NCBI RefSeq assembly: GCF_964355755.1 | Contig: NC_092680.1 | Location: 7,254,001-7,318,000 of the forward strand | DNA length: 64,000 nt | Reading direction: 5' to 3' | Source of the DNA: Antedon mediterranea | Lineage: Eukaryota > Animalia > Echinodermata | Shown here: piece after piece, positions 37,601 to 49,047 of the stretch | How positions within the stretch are numbered: the stretch's first letter is position 1 | Layout of the letters: each line of letters starts with the position of its first letter | The notes under the pieces: generated by a model | The model's database searches: none | Told to the model about the DNA's origin: nothing | Seen by the model: the letters and a program-made list of their open reading frames with translations, nothing else | Made by a program: the position numbers and the translations under genes

Positions 37601-40600
37601 ATAAGCAATTGTTAGTAAATAATCAAATCACAGTTATTCAATTATTTTACACAGTACAATTATTTATCACCAGTAAGATTGGATACGTCTTTACCACGTT
37701 GAAACACCGGTTTGCGTCAGATCACCGAAATTAAGCGAAGTTGGGCCTGGTTAGAGCTTGGATGGGAGACCATCTGGGAATATCGGGTACTGTATATGGA
37801 GCTGGGGTCATTTTGAAATCAGCATTGCTGGCTCTTATGGCAGCCCCTGCATTTAGTATCTGCCTTTCCTCTGGTCAAGGTGGGCACTGGACGAGAGAAA
37901 CCCTTGATCAATGTTAGGGCCAATCAAGTAGCTTTAAACAGTTCTGACTTTGTTTGTTTCAAACCTGTTAGTGGCGGTAATTATCACTGTTGGTTTCGAT
38001 TGAATAAAAAAATTAAAAAAAGAGTTAAGTAATAGTACTATAATAAGATTATATTTAATGCTGTTGTACTTACTATACATTTGACAGGATCATGCCACAT
38101 TTCACCACAGGAAAAGCTGTAAATAAAACCAAATTATTATTACTATTTTGACAAAATTACAAATTTAACAACAATTAAGAATAATAAATATTCTCAATCT
38201 TATCGAGGATTATAAACACCCTTTTCGAAAAAAAGTAAGCCTAGACTTGACGTGGTTTTTATTTAGTTTCAGTGAGGGAAAAAATTCTTTACAAAGACAT
38301 ACCAAAACTCATGATCACAACGGCATTTGACTGGTTTGACCTCATTATGGTTGACCTTGACAGCGTACGGACAATCAGGAGCTGGACACCATCGCATCAG
38401 ACGATTACAACCCACAAAACTCAATGTTATAAGGTGTTGATACTTTAACTTTACACGAGGCTCTTTAACTAGTTTCCTGAAAGAAAACATTATCAACAAA
38501 CATTAACCTAGTGATTACTAACTAACTATGGAATTCACCATATGCCTATATGTAAATTTGAAAAAATATTTTATTACCTTGATACGACATTAAAACATTT
38601 TTTTATTTCAAGATACATGTACAGGAAAAAAAAATACAGAAAAAAACAGAGATACATACAATAAAAAATTTTTACAAAATATTAAAAAACTCTAACCATT
38701 TTCTTTCAAACTAGTCGGTTTTTCCTTTATGTCTTGAAATTAACTTGTCATGAAATGGGTTTTAAAAATTGTTCTAATAAAACTATAACCGTTTGATACT
38801 ATATGATCTAAAATATGGCTCCAAGATTTATAAGGATGCATAAATCTATAAAGTGTAATTGACAATTCATTATGCTGTACTGTGAGTTTCATATGTATTA
38901 TGTATTGTCCCCCTGAAAAAATAATTATTAAAACATTTTTTGTTGAATATGCCATTTCAATGTCACCTAATAGTTATCCACTATAGTTATCCACTTTGAC
39001 CAAAAATTAGATCGAAAAGAAAATGTATTTACCTAAAAAACTGTAATTTAATAAAGGCCAGGTGCGGGCAAAACATTTCTATTGATCATACATTCCAATA
39101 ATTATCGATCTATAGTTTCCCCTATGTTTCATAATTTTTGGGATTTTATTTGTATTACACGAACTTGTTGAAAATAAGCACTTTCTTATCAGTGGGGGGA
39201 TAGTTCAAATTACACAGTAAAATCTCTATTCTTTTGTACACAAATTTTGTAAATAGAGAGGCATTTTAAAAAGCTATGAAAAATAAACAGTGTGGTAAAA
39301 AATGTTATCAGATGACTAAATATAGGTAATATAACTTGAATATTACATTTCTGGTATTTTTATTCAACTTCAGATTTTTATTTTCATGCTATAGCAAAAA
39401 TTATCCACTGTATATCCACCATCTTTTTTGACTTGCTAGGGAGTCACCAAACATGTTATTACATTAGGTTTACTACCTAACTACTGAAAAAAGGTTTTCC
39501 TGGTTTTTATGGAAGAATTTTGCCAAATTTTGTATTTGACCATATTAAGGAAAATTCATGTTTTTTCGTCTTGATTTCTGTTACAAAGATTTGATTTATG
39601 TACAATTAACCAAATATTATATTTAAAATTCATGCCTGTACCTGAGCTTTAAAGCAAAAAATAGTCAAATTGGCTGCCAGCCAATGGGTTTTTGGTTGAA
39701 TTTAACCACTTATTTTGCCATTTTATAAGTGAAACCATTAATTTTTTCTGTTTTTTAAGTGATTAACTTTATTAAAACTACAAAATAATCTATTCAAAGT
39801 CTGATTTTATTAATTTTAATTTTTCATGTTTTTGGGGGACAATACATCTTCAGGCCTCGAATTTTACCGCGGCCACCGCGGCCAGTGCCCTCCCAGTTGG
39901 CCTCAATGCCCTCGAAAATTAATAGCACCCACGGCCACTACTGGCCTGCCCTTTTTTTTGCGTTGGCCGCGAGTGCCCTTCCCGAGTTTTACCACAATAA
40001 AAACCACTGAATTAGATAGAAAATAATGTCAAGAAGATTTGTTTACACGACTCGGACGAGACGCAAAACTATCGCCTGTCTTCGTTGCAAGGGGATTTCC
40101 CTAAACGCATTTATTAATACACAAACAGTAAACAAAACATCGAACATTGCAATAGGGGTAACCAAAACAATATCATCCCGGCCGCCGTGCGTGGTAAATC
40201 ATGGTATAGATAGTACATTAAAATACAGGGGTGTAAACTTTTAATAATCAAGCTAAAAACGTTCCTCGATCAGAGGTTACTGAAAGTATTAAAGTCGCAC
40301 AATAATCGAGCTAGCCGCCTTCGATAAAAAAAATTACATGCACTCCTAGCTAGCCTAGCCTATCCTCCCGCCGCCGATCCGGTCGAACACACGCAATTCA
40401 ATGCATTGGGAAAACAATTCTATTTGACGCACACGCACCCTCTGATAAGAAATTTCACACACTACACACAACGTCGTGTGTGAGAGTACGCGCGAAGGAT
40501 CGGATCGTTGGAAAAACAATTCCTTTTGACGTACACGCACCCTCCTGAGAAGAAAATACCATGTGCGTTCCTGCATGGTGTAGTCCATTATACGTGTAAA

Positions 40601-43600
40601 ATTAGGGGTGTTTACCTTTAGCACCAAAGTTAAACCTGCACCTCAACCCGAAGATCGTTGGAAGTATATCATATTTATATTTTATCGCACCCACCTCAAT
40701 CCAGCAGACAGATCATCGAAAAATCTTGTTTAACAACGTCGTACACTAAATTACCAAACGCGTTTTTACCGAATTCAAGGAAATGAATCAAGTCCAGAAT
40801 ACACGTGCCGAAGGCTAAACAGAGAGAGAAAGGGGTCGGTGTCCGTCCGTGTTTTGAATTCTTATAAATATGGATTATACAGTACTAACAAAAAAGCTTC
40901 AGAAATCGAAACTCGGAAAATAACTATAATTTATATTCTACTACATAATGTCATTGGCTTGATTTTTACCGTGGTTAACACTCTGTGTATGAATAGTTGT
41001 AGGTAAGGCCTACAAACAAATTGTTTTTGTATCATGTTTTCTTCTCCGTCGGCTGCTAGCTAAAGTTAAAGGCTGAGTAGCTTGCTGTTGTAAGGGTTTT
41101 TATACCTGTTCCGGGCCTTACTTGGTTGGCTTCACATGCCTTTTTATCGCATTATTTGAAACTAAACGAAACATTCAACACAGGACGGTAAACTATAAAC
41201 GCTGAACATCGTACCTATTTATTATTTATATGGATCGTAAATACACGTAATATTTATATGAAATACAAAAAGATGTATTGTAGACAGTCCTACTACTACT
41301 CCGCGATCTGATGAATAGGGGGAAATCCCCAAAACATTTGGAAACAAGCTATTTTTAAATTTTGGCCTAGTTATTAAAATATTTTTTGATTTTGGCCTTG
41401 GTGCCCCTTTGATTTAAAACAAATGGCCTTGGTGCCCTCCCATTTGGCCTTGGTGCCCCTAAAATCAATGAAAACCGGAGGCCAAATGGCCTTGCCCCTA
41501 AAATCCCCAAATTCGAGGCCTGCATCTTTAAATGTTAATCAGATGGACACATGGATTTTTATGATACAATAAACTGAATGTAGTTACGAGTATAAATTGT
41601 CACTTACATAACTGTATGGTCATCTACAAGAATGTCACACCCATGAGCTGCACATGATATAGTCTGAGAAAACAAATAAAATCAAATTTCATTTAGCAAA
41701 ATAAACACATTTTTTTAAACATGGTTGCCAATAAACTGTACTACTGTAAATCGTAAGCAAAAAAAATAACAATAATAAATAAATAATAATATATTTTAAA
41801 GATGATTCTATAAAGAAAAGGATGAGATAAACTTCACATTTGAAAAATGGTCTACATTTAGGGGTGTTCAGCAGGAGCCTATGTCCATTGTCAAATAATT
41901 AAGCTCTGTCTACACTATCAAACTTTATGTGACAATAAAATGTGATGTTTCCATATATAGACATGATGATGCTATATTACTACTATATTTGGGCATATCA
42001 CTACCATATTTGGGCACATCACACTTTTTTGTCATAGAACTAGTTTGATAGTGTAGACAGAGCTTTAGTTTTATTATACTCAAAACACAACACATTTAAG
42101 TTCACTTTTGGTCAACAACCAATTGGTATCGGTGTTTAGTAACTTTCACAAACTATATTTAATGTAAAAATAATACTACAGTATATGGTCCTATTGCGAT
42201 AACTTTTTTTGTCTTTAAATGGTTAAAAATGTGAAAAATAAGTCGATTCTAATAATTATAGCGGCCCGCTATAAATCTCAAAATGCATTGCGCGCAGATT
42301 GATATTTCTGCTTTTCTTCTGTAATTAACCCACTTTTCGATCGATCGCGAGGCCAAAACAAATGGAAGACTCCTAACTTTTCAGCGAAAATACTGGGTTT
42401 TCCCCAATTTGTATCAACGGAGTCTGGCAAAAATAGAAAGACAATTAATGCAGCAACTATACAACGTCAGGCTACGTTACCGATGTTTACCAGCTAGGCC
42501 TACAAAACTAAGCCTAGCTAGGCTAGGCCTAAAGACCGTCCACGAGAGGTCAGTCGCCGTGAGCTACTTAGGTAGTGCATTGTTTCTCACTTTTTATCAT
42601 AATTTACCATAAAACGTACATTTAAGACAAGGAATGACCTGGTTTAATGTTTTTAAAGTAATATATATGTATTATTTTTACAAAACGTCACAAATTGTAG
42701 GGAAGGTGTCTTTAAATGCAGGTAGTAATGAATGTCATGGATAATTTACAAGAGACTGTATCTGAAGGCAGACTACATACATGTAGAGCATATCCTGATT
42801 TATAATAACATTTTAAATGTTAATTACCCAACATAACATTTTTGATTTTCGTCACCTAACATTTTGAACGTTCTTTAATAACATTTGAATGTTACATATT
42901 AATTAACCTTTTAAATTAATATTTAATTAACATTCAACATAGTAATTACTTAAAGAACTTAACATTACAATTTTAGATAACAAATTAATTACAAAATAAA
43001 ACTCAATTTAAATAAAATGTATCTTAAGCTCTGTATACACTATCAAATTTTATGAGACAAAAAAATGTGATGTGGCCATATATGGAAATACTGATATCAT
43101 ATCACTACTATAAGCATATCACTACCATATTTAAGCATATCACTACCATATTTAAGCATATCACTACCATATTTAAGCATAATATCACTACCATATTTAA
43201 GCATACCACTACCATATTTGGGCACATCACACTTTTATGTCAAACTAGTTTGATAGTGTAGACAGAGCTCTATAAATCCTATTTTATTTCTATATCATCA
43301 TAGCCAACTGTACAGTAATTCCACAAATTCATGGTATGTACATTATCGCCTCAGAATTTGGATTTCGACATATTACATTACATCAAGTTAAGACAAAAAT
43401 AAGTGATATTCTGGTCCAGAGTTGATTTATACTTGGGGTCAGCTTTAAATGAGTTTAAGGTAAACTGCTGTAGGCACAAAAAAAGACTGGCTTTGTTTGA
43501 GAGGCTTTTTCATAATAAATGACACCTACCTGTCCCATGCCTTCATCCACTATCTTCATTGATAAATATCTAGTCCAACATTCATTGCAAAACTTGTGTC

Positions 43601-46600
43601 CACATTCCAAAGAAGAAAAATCCTAAAAGAACCATAGACATTAAAGATAGTCACACAAAAACATAGAAAATAGGCCTAAAGATAAATTAATTGTAGTTAT
43701 TCAAAGGGTAAAATTTAACCAAAAACTTTGACTTTTGTCCTTTTAAATTATAGTTTTATTAGAAAAGTAATTTCTTTTCAATCCATTCTCTACATTTAAT
43801 AGAAAGCGCGAAAATATTAACATATTTTAAAGCACATATTTGTATTGTATTTTTGTAATAATTTAATTTCAAGGGGTACAGTACAATAATTGAATAAAGA
43901 CACTAAACTTACGTTTGTTGGCATAGTGCGACAACATACCATACAAGATTGCATGAGGCAGGACGATGACCTTGTATTGACCTAACAACAAACAAAAGTA
44001 GTATGATTTTATGAACAGCGTTAATGTTAATGTTTTTAAACTTACTACCAAGCTACTACCAAGTCAGCACAGGTTCAAGGCTCTCATCAACAGTTACTGT
44101 CTTCTTGGATAAGGACCTACAACTGTAAGCCCAGTGTACAGTACACATTTGGGTTGTGTACAGTACACATTTGGGTTGTGTACAGTACACATTTGGGTTG
44201 TGTACAGTACACATTTGGGTTGTGTACAGTACACATTTGGGTTGTGTACAGTACACATTTGGGTTGTGTGTGTACACATTTGGGTTGTGTGTGTACACAT
44301 TTGGGTTGTGTACAGTACACATTTGGGTTGTGTACAGTACACATTTGGGTTGTGTGTGTACACATTTGGGTTGTGTGTGTACACATTTGGGTTGTGTGTG
44401 TACACATTTGGGTTGTGTACAGTACACATTTGGGTTGTGTACAGTACACATTTGGGTTGTGTACAGTACACATTTGGGTTGTGTACAGTACACATTTGGG
44501 TTGTGTACAGTACACATTTGGGTTGTGTACAGTACACATTTGGGTTGTGTACAGTACACATTTGGGTTGTGTACAGTACACATTTGGGTTGTGTGTGTAC
44601 ACATTTGGGTTGTGTGTGTACACATTTGGGTTGTGTACAGTACACATTTGGGTTGTGTACAGTACACATTTGGGTTGTGTGTGTACACATTTGGGTTGTG
44701 TGTGTACACATTTGGGTTGTGTGTGTACACATTTGGGTTGTGTACAGTACACATTTGGGTTGTGTACAGTACACATTTGGGTTGTGTACAGTACACATTT
44801 GGGTTGTGTACAGTACACATTTGGGTTGTGTACAGTACACATTTGGGTTGTGTACAGTACACATTTGGGTTGTGTACAGTACACATTTGGGTTGTGTACA
44901 GTACACATTTGGGTTGTGTGTGTACACATTTGGGTTGTGTGTGTACACATTTGGGTTGTGTACAGTACACATTTGGGTTGTGTACAGTACACATTTGGGT
45001 TGTGTACAGTACACATTTGGGTTGTGTACAGTACACATTTGGGTTGTGTACAGTACACATTTGGGTTGTGTACAGTACACATTTGGGTTGTGTACAGTAC
45101 ACATTTGGGTTGTGTACAGTACACATTTGGGTTGTGTGTGTACACAGAACCCAGTGAATCTTTCAGAAGAGTACCCTGCCAAATCAATGGTTGCCATTTG
45201 AGCAACATTCATCATGAAAGAACCCTTAAGATTGATTCCCACTAGGACGTAACGCAAGGACGTACACGCAACACAAGCGAGTTGACCAATGATAAGAGGC
45301 AGTTCAAATAATTCATCGCTTGTGATCAGTAAAATCCCCTACGTTGTGTTGCATCTCTAGTGGGAACCACAGATTAGGGAAGACGAGTTTTTGTATGTAA
45401 CAAACATATACAATCTTTGCGATAGATATGACAAACAGACGAGAATATCTAATGACTTTTATGTGGTTTCCTGTTCTATATACATACATAATGAGACTAA
45501 TGTCATTGTCACTTCCTTCAATGATTAGTAGGATTTTATGCATCTTTTTTTTCTTCATTTTACAACTTGATTATCATTAGTTTTAATGTATTATTTAATT
45601 GTTGGTCAGATGTTTTGACCTGCTCCGACTAGATTGTACATTTTAATCTCCGTATCTTTTAGAACAATTACTTAGCTACATGACGCAAAGCTACAGGTAA
45701 TTCACAGTATATGTTATACATAATTTTTTTTTCTTATTCTCAGCAGAGATTCAAGTGAATACTTCAAAAAAGTTTTAACATAATCATTATTATAAGAAAA
45801 AAACTTACTGTCTACATAAAGTAGTCTATTTTTATAATCAAGTATTTCATTTAGACAATTTCAAATCCGGAGTATCCTATTAACTCATAAAACAAGTAGA
45901 TTGTATAACTTTTTAGTCTGGATAACACTATTAAAGCAACTACCTTTCACTTAGATGTGAAACATTCACCAGATCGAATAAATTAATTAGTACAATTTTT
46001 CTCTACATTTCTCAGAATATTGAATATAGTTCGAACAGGGTCAAGGGTTAAAAGCTTATTTTTGGATAATGTTATTTAACATTCAAAGATTTTATTATTT
46101 CCATACTCTACTCAGTTGCATATTCTTCACCTTCTGTATCTATCACTAACAATAACATTAAAATGATCACCAATCCACAGATTTGAATTTCATATAGAAT
46201 TTCATCTTTCATTTAAATACAATATAAAAACAAATTTTGTTTTCACTAAACTTATTATTCACAGTTCTTAACTTTTCAATATTGCTCTCAGTTGCATATA
46301 TTTCTGATTTTCACCAATATTAAAGTGGAGAATTAAGGATAAAATCATCACTACCTCATTCAAATTGTAATACCCATCATGAACAACATTTAAAATTCAT
46401 AAATAACACTCAGCTATCGGCTTCTAACCTAGAAACAATGTGAGCTTACTCCTTTATAATGAAAAATCAACTAAAACCTATTTTTTATTTTATTTTATTT
46501 TATTCTATTTCATCGAAACCAACAGCGATAATTACCGCCACTAACAGGTTTGATACAAACAAGCCAGGACTGTTTAAAGCACCTTGATTGGACCTAACAT

Positions 46601-49047
46601 TGATCAAGGGCTTCTCTCATCCAGTGTCCACCTTGACCAGAGGAAAGGCATGAGCCAATACGTCTCAGGCAGGTACTAAATGCAGGGGCTGCCATAAAGG
46701 CTTTGTGATGAAACAGCATCTGCAATATTATTTAAGCATCTCTTATGAAGAACCTCTTTTACTTACTTTTGATGCAGACTGTGGCGTCGACTGCCGATGA
46801 GGACTAACTATATGAGCTTCTGAAAATAACCTATCCTGATCACCATCATAATAACGTTCCATAAGTTTTTCTTTGTCCCATTTGAAGTGATTCAATAATA
46901 TTCGTGTTACAGTTGCAGGTATCTATAATGTAAAAAAAAATGTAGCGACATTGAAATTACAGTACAACTCCTTGTTCAGACATCCCTATTGAAAAGACAC
47001 CTCTTTTTAAGAGAAATTCTTTGGTGAAGGAAAAAGATGAAATATATGTGTTGTAACTGTATACAGTACTCTATAGAGCTCAATAAAAATGAATTAAATC
47101 AGAATATTAAATTTCCATGCAATAGGATTACCATATAATTGAAATTATACTTCCAACTTTATGTGATAACAACATGTGATGTAATACTACCACATTTGGG
47201 CATATCACTACCATATTTGGGCATATCATTATCACACTTTTTTGTCAAACTAGTTTGATAATTTAGACAGAGCTTTATACACAACACTGTATTGATATTT
47301 GACATGTTTACAGTATCAGTAAATTAGATATTGGCTTTATAATAATAATATAAAACAAACCATGATTCTCAGTATTAATACTGTAGTACATTAAATATTG
47401 AACTCTCCTTACCCACAACAGATATAAAATAACTGCTTTAATATGGCATTTAACAATTCATAATCCATCCATTAAAATGGAAATAGACTATCATATTATT
47501 ACAACAACAGATGAATTTAGAACTCAAAGACATTCCTAAAGATATTTCAACATCCACAGAGCTGTTGATATTTTTGAAAAATTATTTTCATAATATTGAA
47601 TGAAATGATTTTTATTTTCTGTCTAACAGTATACAAACACTCTTTATGTCAGAAGTCTTTAGCTTTGGCATTGGCTTAATTAAAATGAAAAAAAAAGGCT
47701 ACTACGTACTTTACATGGAAACTAATGTAAAGCCCTGTCTACACTATCAAAATAGCTTGACAAAAAAGTGTGATGTGCCCGAATATGGTAATGATATGCC
47801 CAAATATGGTAGTGATAATGACATCATCATGTCCATATGGGCACAACACATTTTTGATAGTGTAGACAGAGCTTAACAAAACATTAAATGTGACCCTGAT
47901 ATTATTCGGAGTGAGGCTGAGCGTGGCGATGTAGCATAAAGGATAGAATCTGACTGGCATTAGACATTGTGCCATATCAAATAGCAAAGCCTGTTCTTTG
48001 AATGGGATGTAAAGCTGTTGGTCCTACAGTATGTAAATGCATATGATAAAGAGTAGGGGATCTTGCGGTGTGCTGATCATGGAAGGTATTGCACTATGGC
48101 AATCATGGATCAATAGAGGGCATAATACGATGTCCTCAACTGATGATGAATATGCACAAAAAAGTGCAATAAATATTGAAGTAATGTACAAATTTTTATT
48201 CTGTAATTCCAACCAGGTGCTGAACATTCTGCTTTTCAGTCAAATACTAAATACTGCAATGATGTAATGCCAACATTGTAACCACAACTGACTGATGCCA
48301 GATGACATGACTTGAGTCACAGTGGCTTCTATAAGTCATAATAAAATCTTTTGGCAAAACTAAGAATGGTCTGGCAACAATTTGTATTTTACATGCATGC
48401 CCTATTAGGCGATCATAGTCTTTTTAGAGTTTAAAGGGTGGGAAATCTATCAATTATAATCAGTGACTTGATTAAATAAATCAGTATTCTTACTTAAAAG
48501 ATAAACCACTTTGGACCAAAATGTGATTTAACCTTACCTACACATAAATAATTTCAATCCTCGCATAGATTTAGTCAAACTACTGTACTTACTCACAGAC
48601 CATTTTAGGTAGGCTTATGCAAGATATTTGCCGTCACATTTAGGTCCGGAAACGCCATGCCAACGACACTATGACTATGTTATGAGCGCATTTGTCATTT
48701 TCATCTCTCCAAGATAAGATATCCGTAGGTATCGCCAAGAAATTCATTGTATTTCCTAAAAACAATTAATTATTAGATCTCTACTAGGCCTATATCTATC
48801 GTACGTAATAGACCGACCTCTCACTTACCTCTACAACATTATTTACTTCTCGTATAGTATCAACCATGTGTTGAACTATGGCATCTGGATTTAAAACTTC
48901 ATAGTAAAAGTCATCATCTTCTGCCCTATCTCTTGAAGAAGATTCTTCACCTTCCATTTCGAAATGGTCTTCATAACCACTCGATCCCTGGTCATCATCC
49001 TGCTCTTCTTCATCGTCTTCGATGAAAAATCCTTCATCTTCATCCAT
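31693..49047 (-). CDS. ARIH1: Ariadne-1 RBR E3 ubiquitin ligase. Exons 49047-48829, 46922-46767, 43981-43913, 43622-43530, 41663-41608, 38476-38303, 38116-38074, 37153-37004, 36849-36797, 36096-36039, 34711-34628, 33075-32899, 32354-32242, 31774-31693.
   Basis: Acidic N-terminus, RING1 (CMVC...CGHKFC), IBR (WCPAPDC), RING2 ([22 protein letters not shown]) and Ariadne domain ([19 protein letters not shown]...[12 protein letters not shown]). Confidence 0.96.
31837..31904. repeat. 16-bp tandem repeat, ~4 copies
   Basis: Unit aaccacgcaggacaat. Confidence 0.9.
32056..32208. mobile_element. Tc1/mariner-pogo-like MITE
   Basis: TA|cagtcaactctccca...tgggagagttgactg|TA: CAG/CTG termini and TA TSD. 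Confidence 0.85.
33168..33816. mobile_element. Helentron-associated non-autonomous element (HINE/DINE-1-like)
   Basis: Subterminal IR tacctccgcc / ggcggaggta, (aaac)n microsatellite, terminal hairpin tacctcc-ttggc-ggaggta, A-run flanks, no TSD. Confidence 0.7.
34147..34326. mobile_element. Harbinger-like MITE
   Basis: TIR agggtctttcagacctgttccggcacggtt / aaccgtgccggaacaggtgtgaaaaaccct; TAA TSD. Confidence 0.85.
34330..34535. mobile_element. Second Harbinger-like MITE abutting the first
   Basis: TIR agcctgttttcctttcgacattattc / gaataacgtcgacaggaaaacaggct; TAA on both sides. Confidence 0.85.
35829..35958. mobile_element. High-copy MITE family (agctctgtctacactatcaaac TIR). Other copies: 41902-42064, 43027-43269, ~47150-47274 (partial), 47731-47873, 58393-58519, 58546-58667, 59371-59636.
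   Basis: Shared ~20-bp TIR, internal catatcactaccatattt repeats, mostly TAA/TTA flanks (Harbinger-type). Confidence 0.9.
36158..36443 (-). mobile_element. tRNA-derived SINE with conserved-core-like body
   Basis: Minus strand: degenerate tRNA head with B box ggttcaaatcc, body tgcctctctccacccaggtgtataaaatgg, tail ctatataagaactattatta. Confidence 0.7.
37470..37632. repeat. 54-bp tandem repeat, 3 copies
   Basis: Unit aaatgaagatgaaatcagtgtaaataagcaattgttaRtaaataatcaaatcac. Confidence 0.92.
37681..38021 (+). mobile_element. 5S rRNA-derived SINE (SINE3-type), apparently full length
   Basis: 37681-37795 resembles animal 5S rRNA (taccacgttgaaacaccgg...gatcaccgaa.ttaagc...ggttag..cttggatggg.gacc..ctgggaata) with substitutions, then a ~200-bp body and A-rich tail. 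Confidence 0.85.
38896..41531. mobile_element. Kolobok-like element interrupted in its right TIR by a nested transposon
   Basis: Left atgtattgtccccc (~38900); right gggggacaatacatctt[insert]catctttaa; same family as 13347-13602. Confidence 0.7.
39851..41522. mobile_element. Non-autonomous hAT-like DNA transposon with 6-bp TSD
   Basis: TIR caggcctcgaattt / aaattcgaggcctg; subterminal tggccttggtgccc repeats; TSD CATCTT. Confidence 0.85.
44134..45146. repeat. Minisatellite of 22-bp and 21-bp variants with a 325-bp higher-order period
   Basis: Core tacacatttgggttgtg followed by tacag (A) or tgtg (B). Confidence 0.97.
45230..45373. mobile_element. Small MITE
   Basis: Inverted ends ttcccactag / ctagtgggaa; TAA/TTA flanks. 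Confidence 0.65.
46480..46697 (-). mobile_element. 5'-truncated second copy of the 5S-derived SINE (body and tail only)
   Basis: Reverse complement matches 37836-38005 (ttatggcagcccctgcatttagta...ctgttagtggcggtaattatc.ctgttggtttcga) and ends in (aaaat)n. Confidence 0.88.

Noticed and set aside
37681-37795. Functional 5S rRNA gene
   Set aside because: Many substitutions, no immediate T-run terminator, and it continues into a dispersed-repeat body.
44134-45146. CRISPR-like array
   Set aside because: No unique spacers, no cas genes, and the context is eukaryotic.
44056-45257. Six overlapping 330-390 aa Cys/His/Thr-rich ORFs open in all frames
   Set aside because: Artefact of a minisatellite whose units contain no stop codon on either strand; it lies in an ARIH1 intron.
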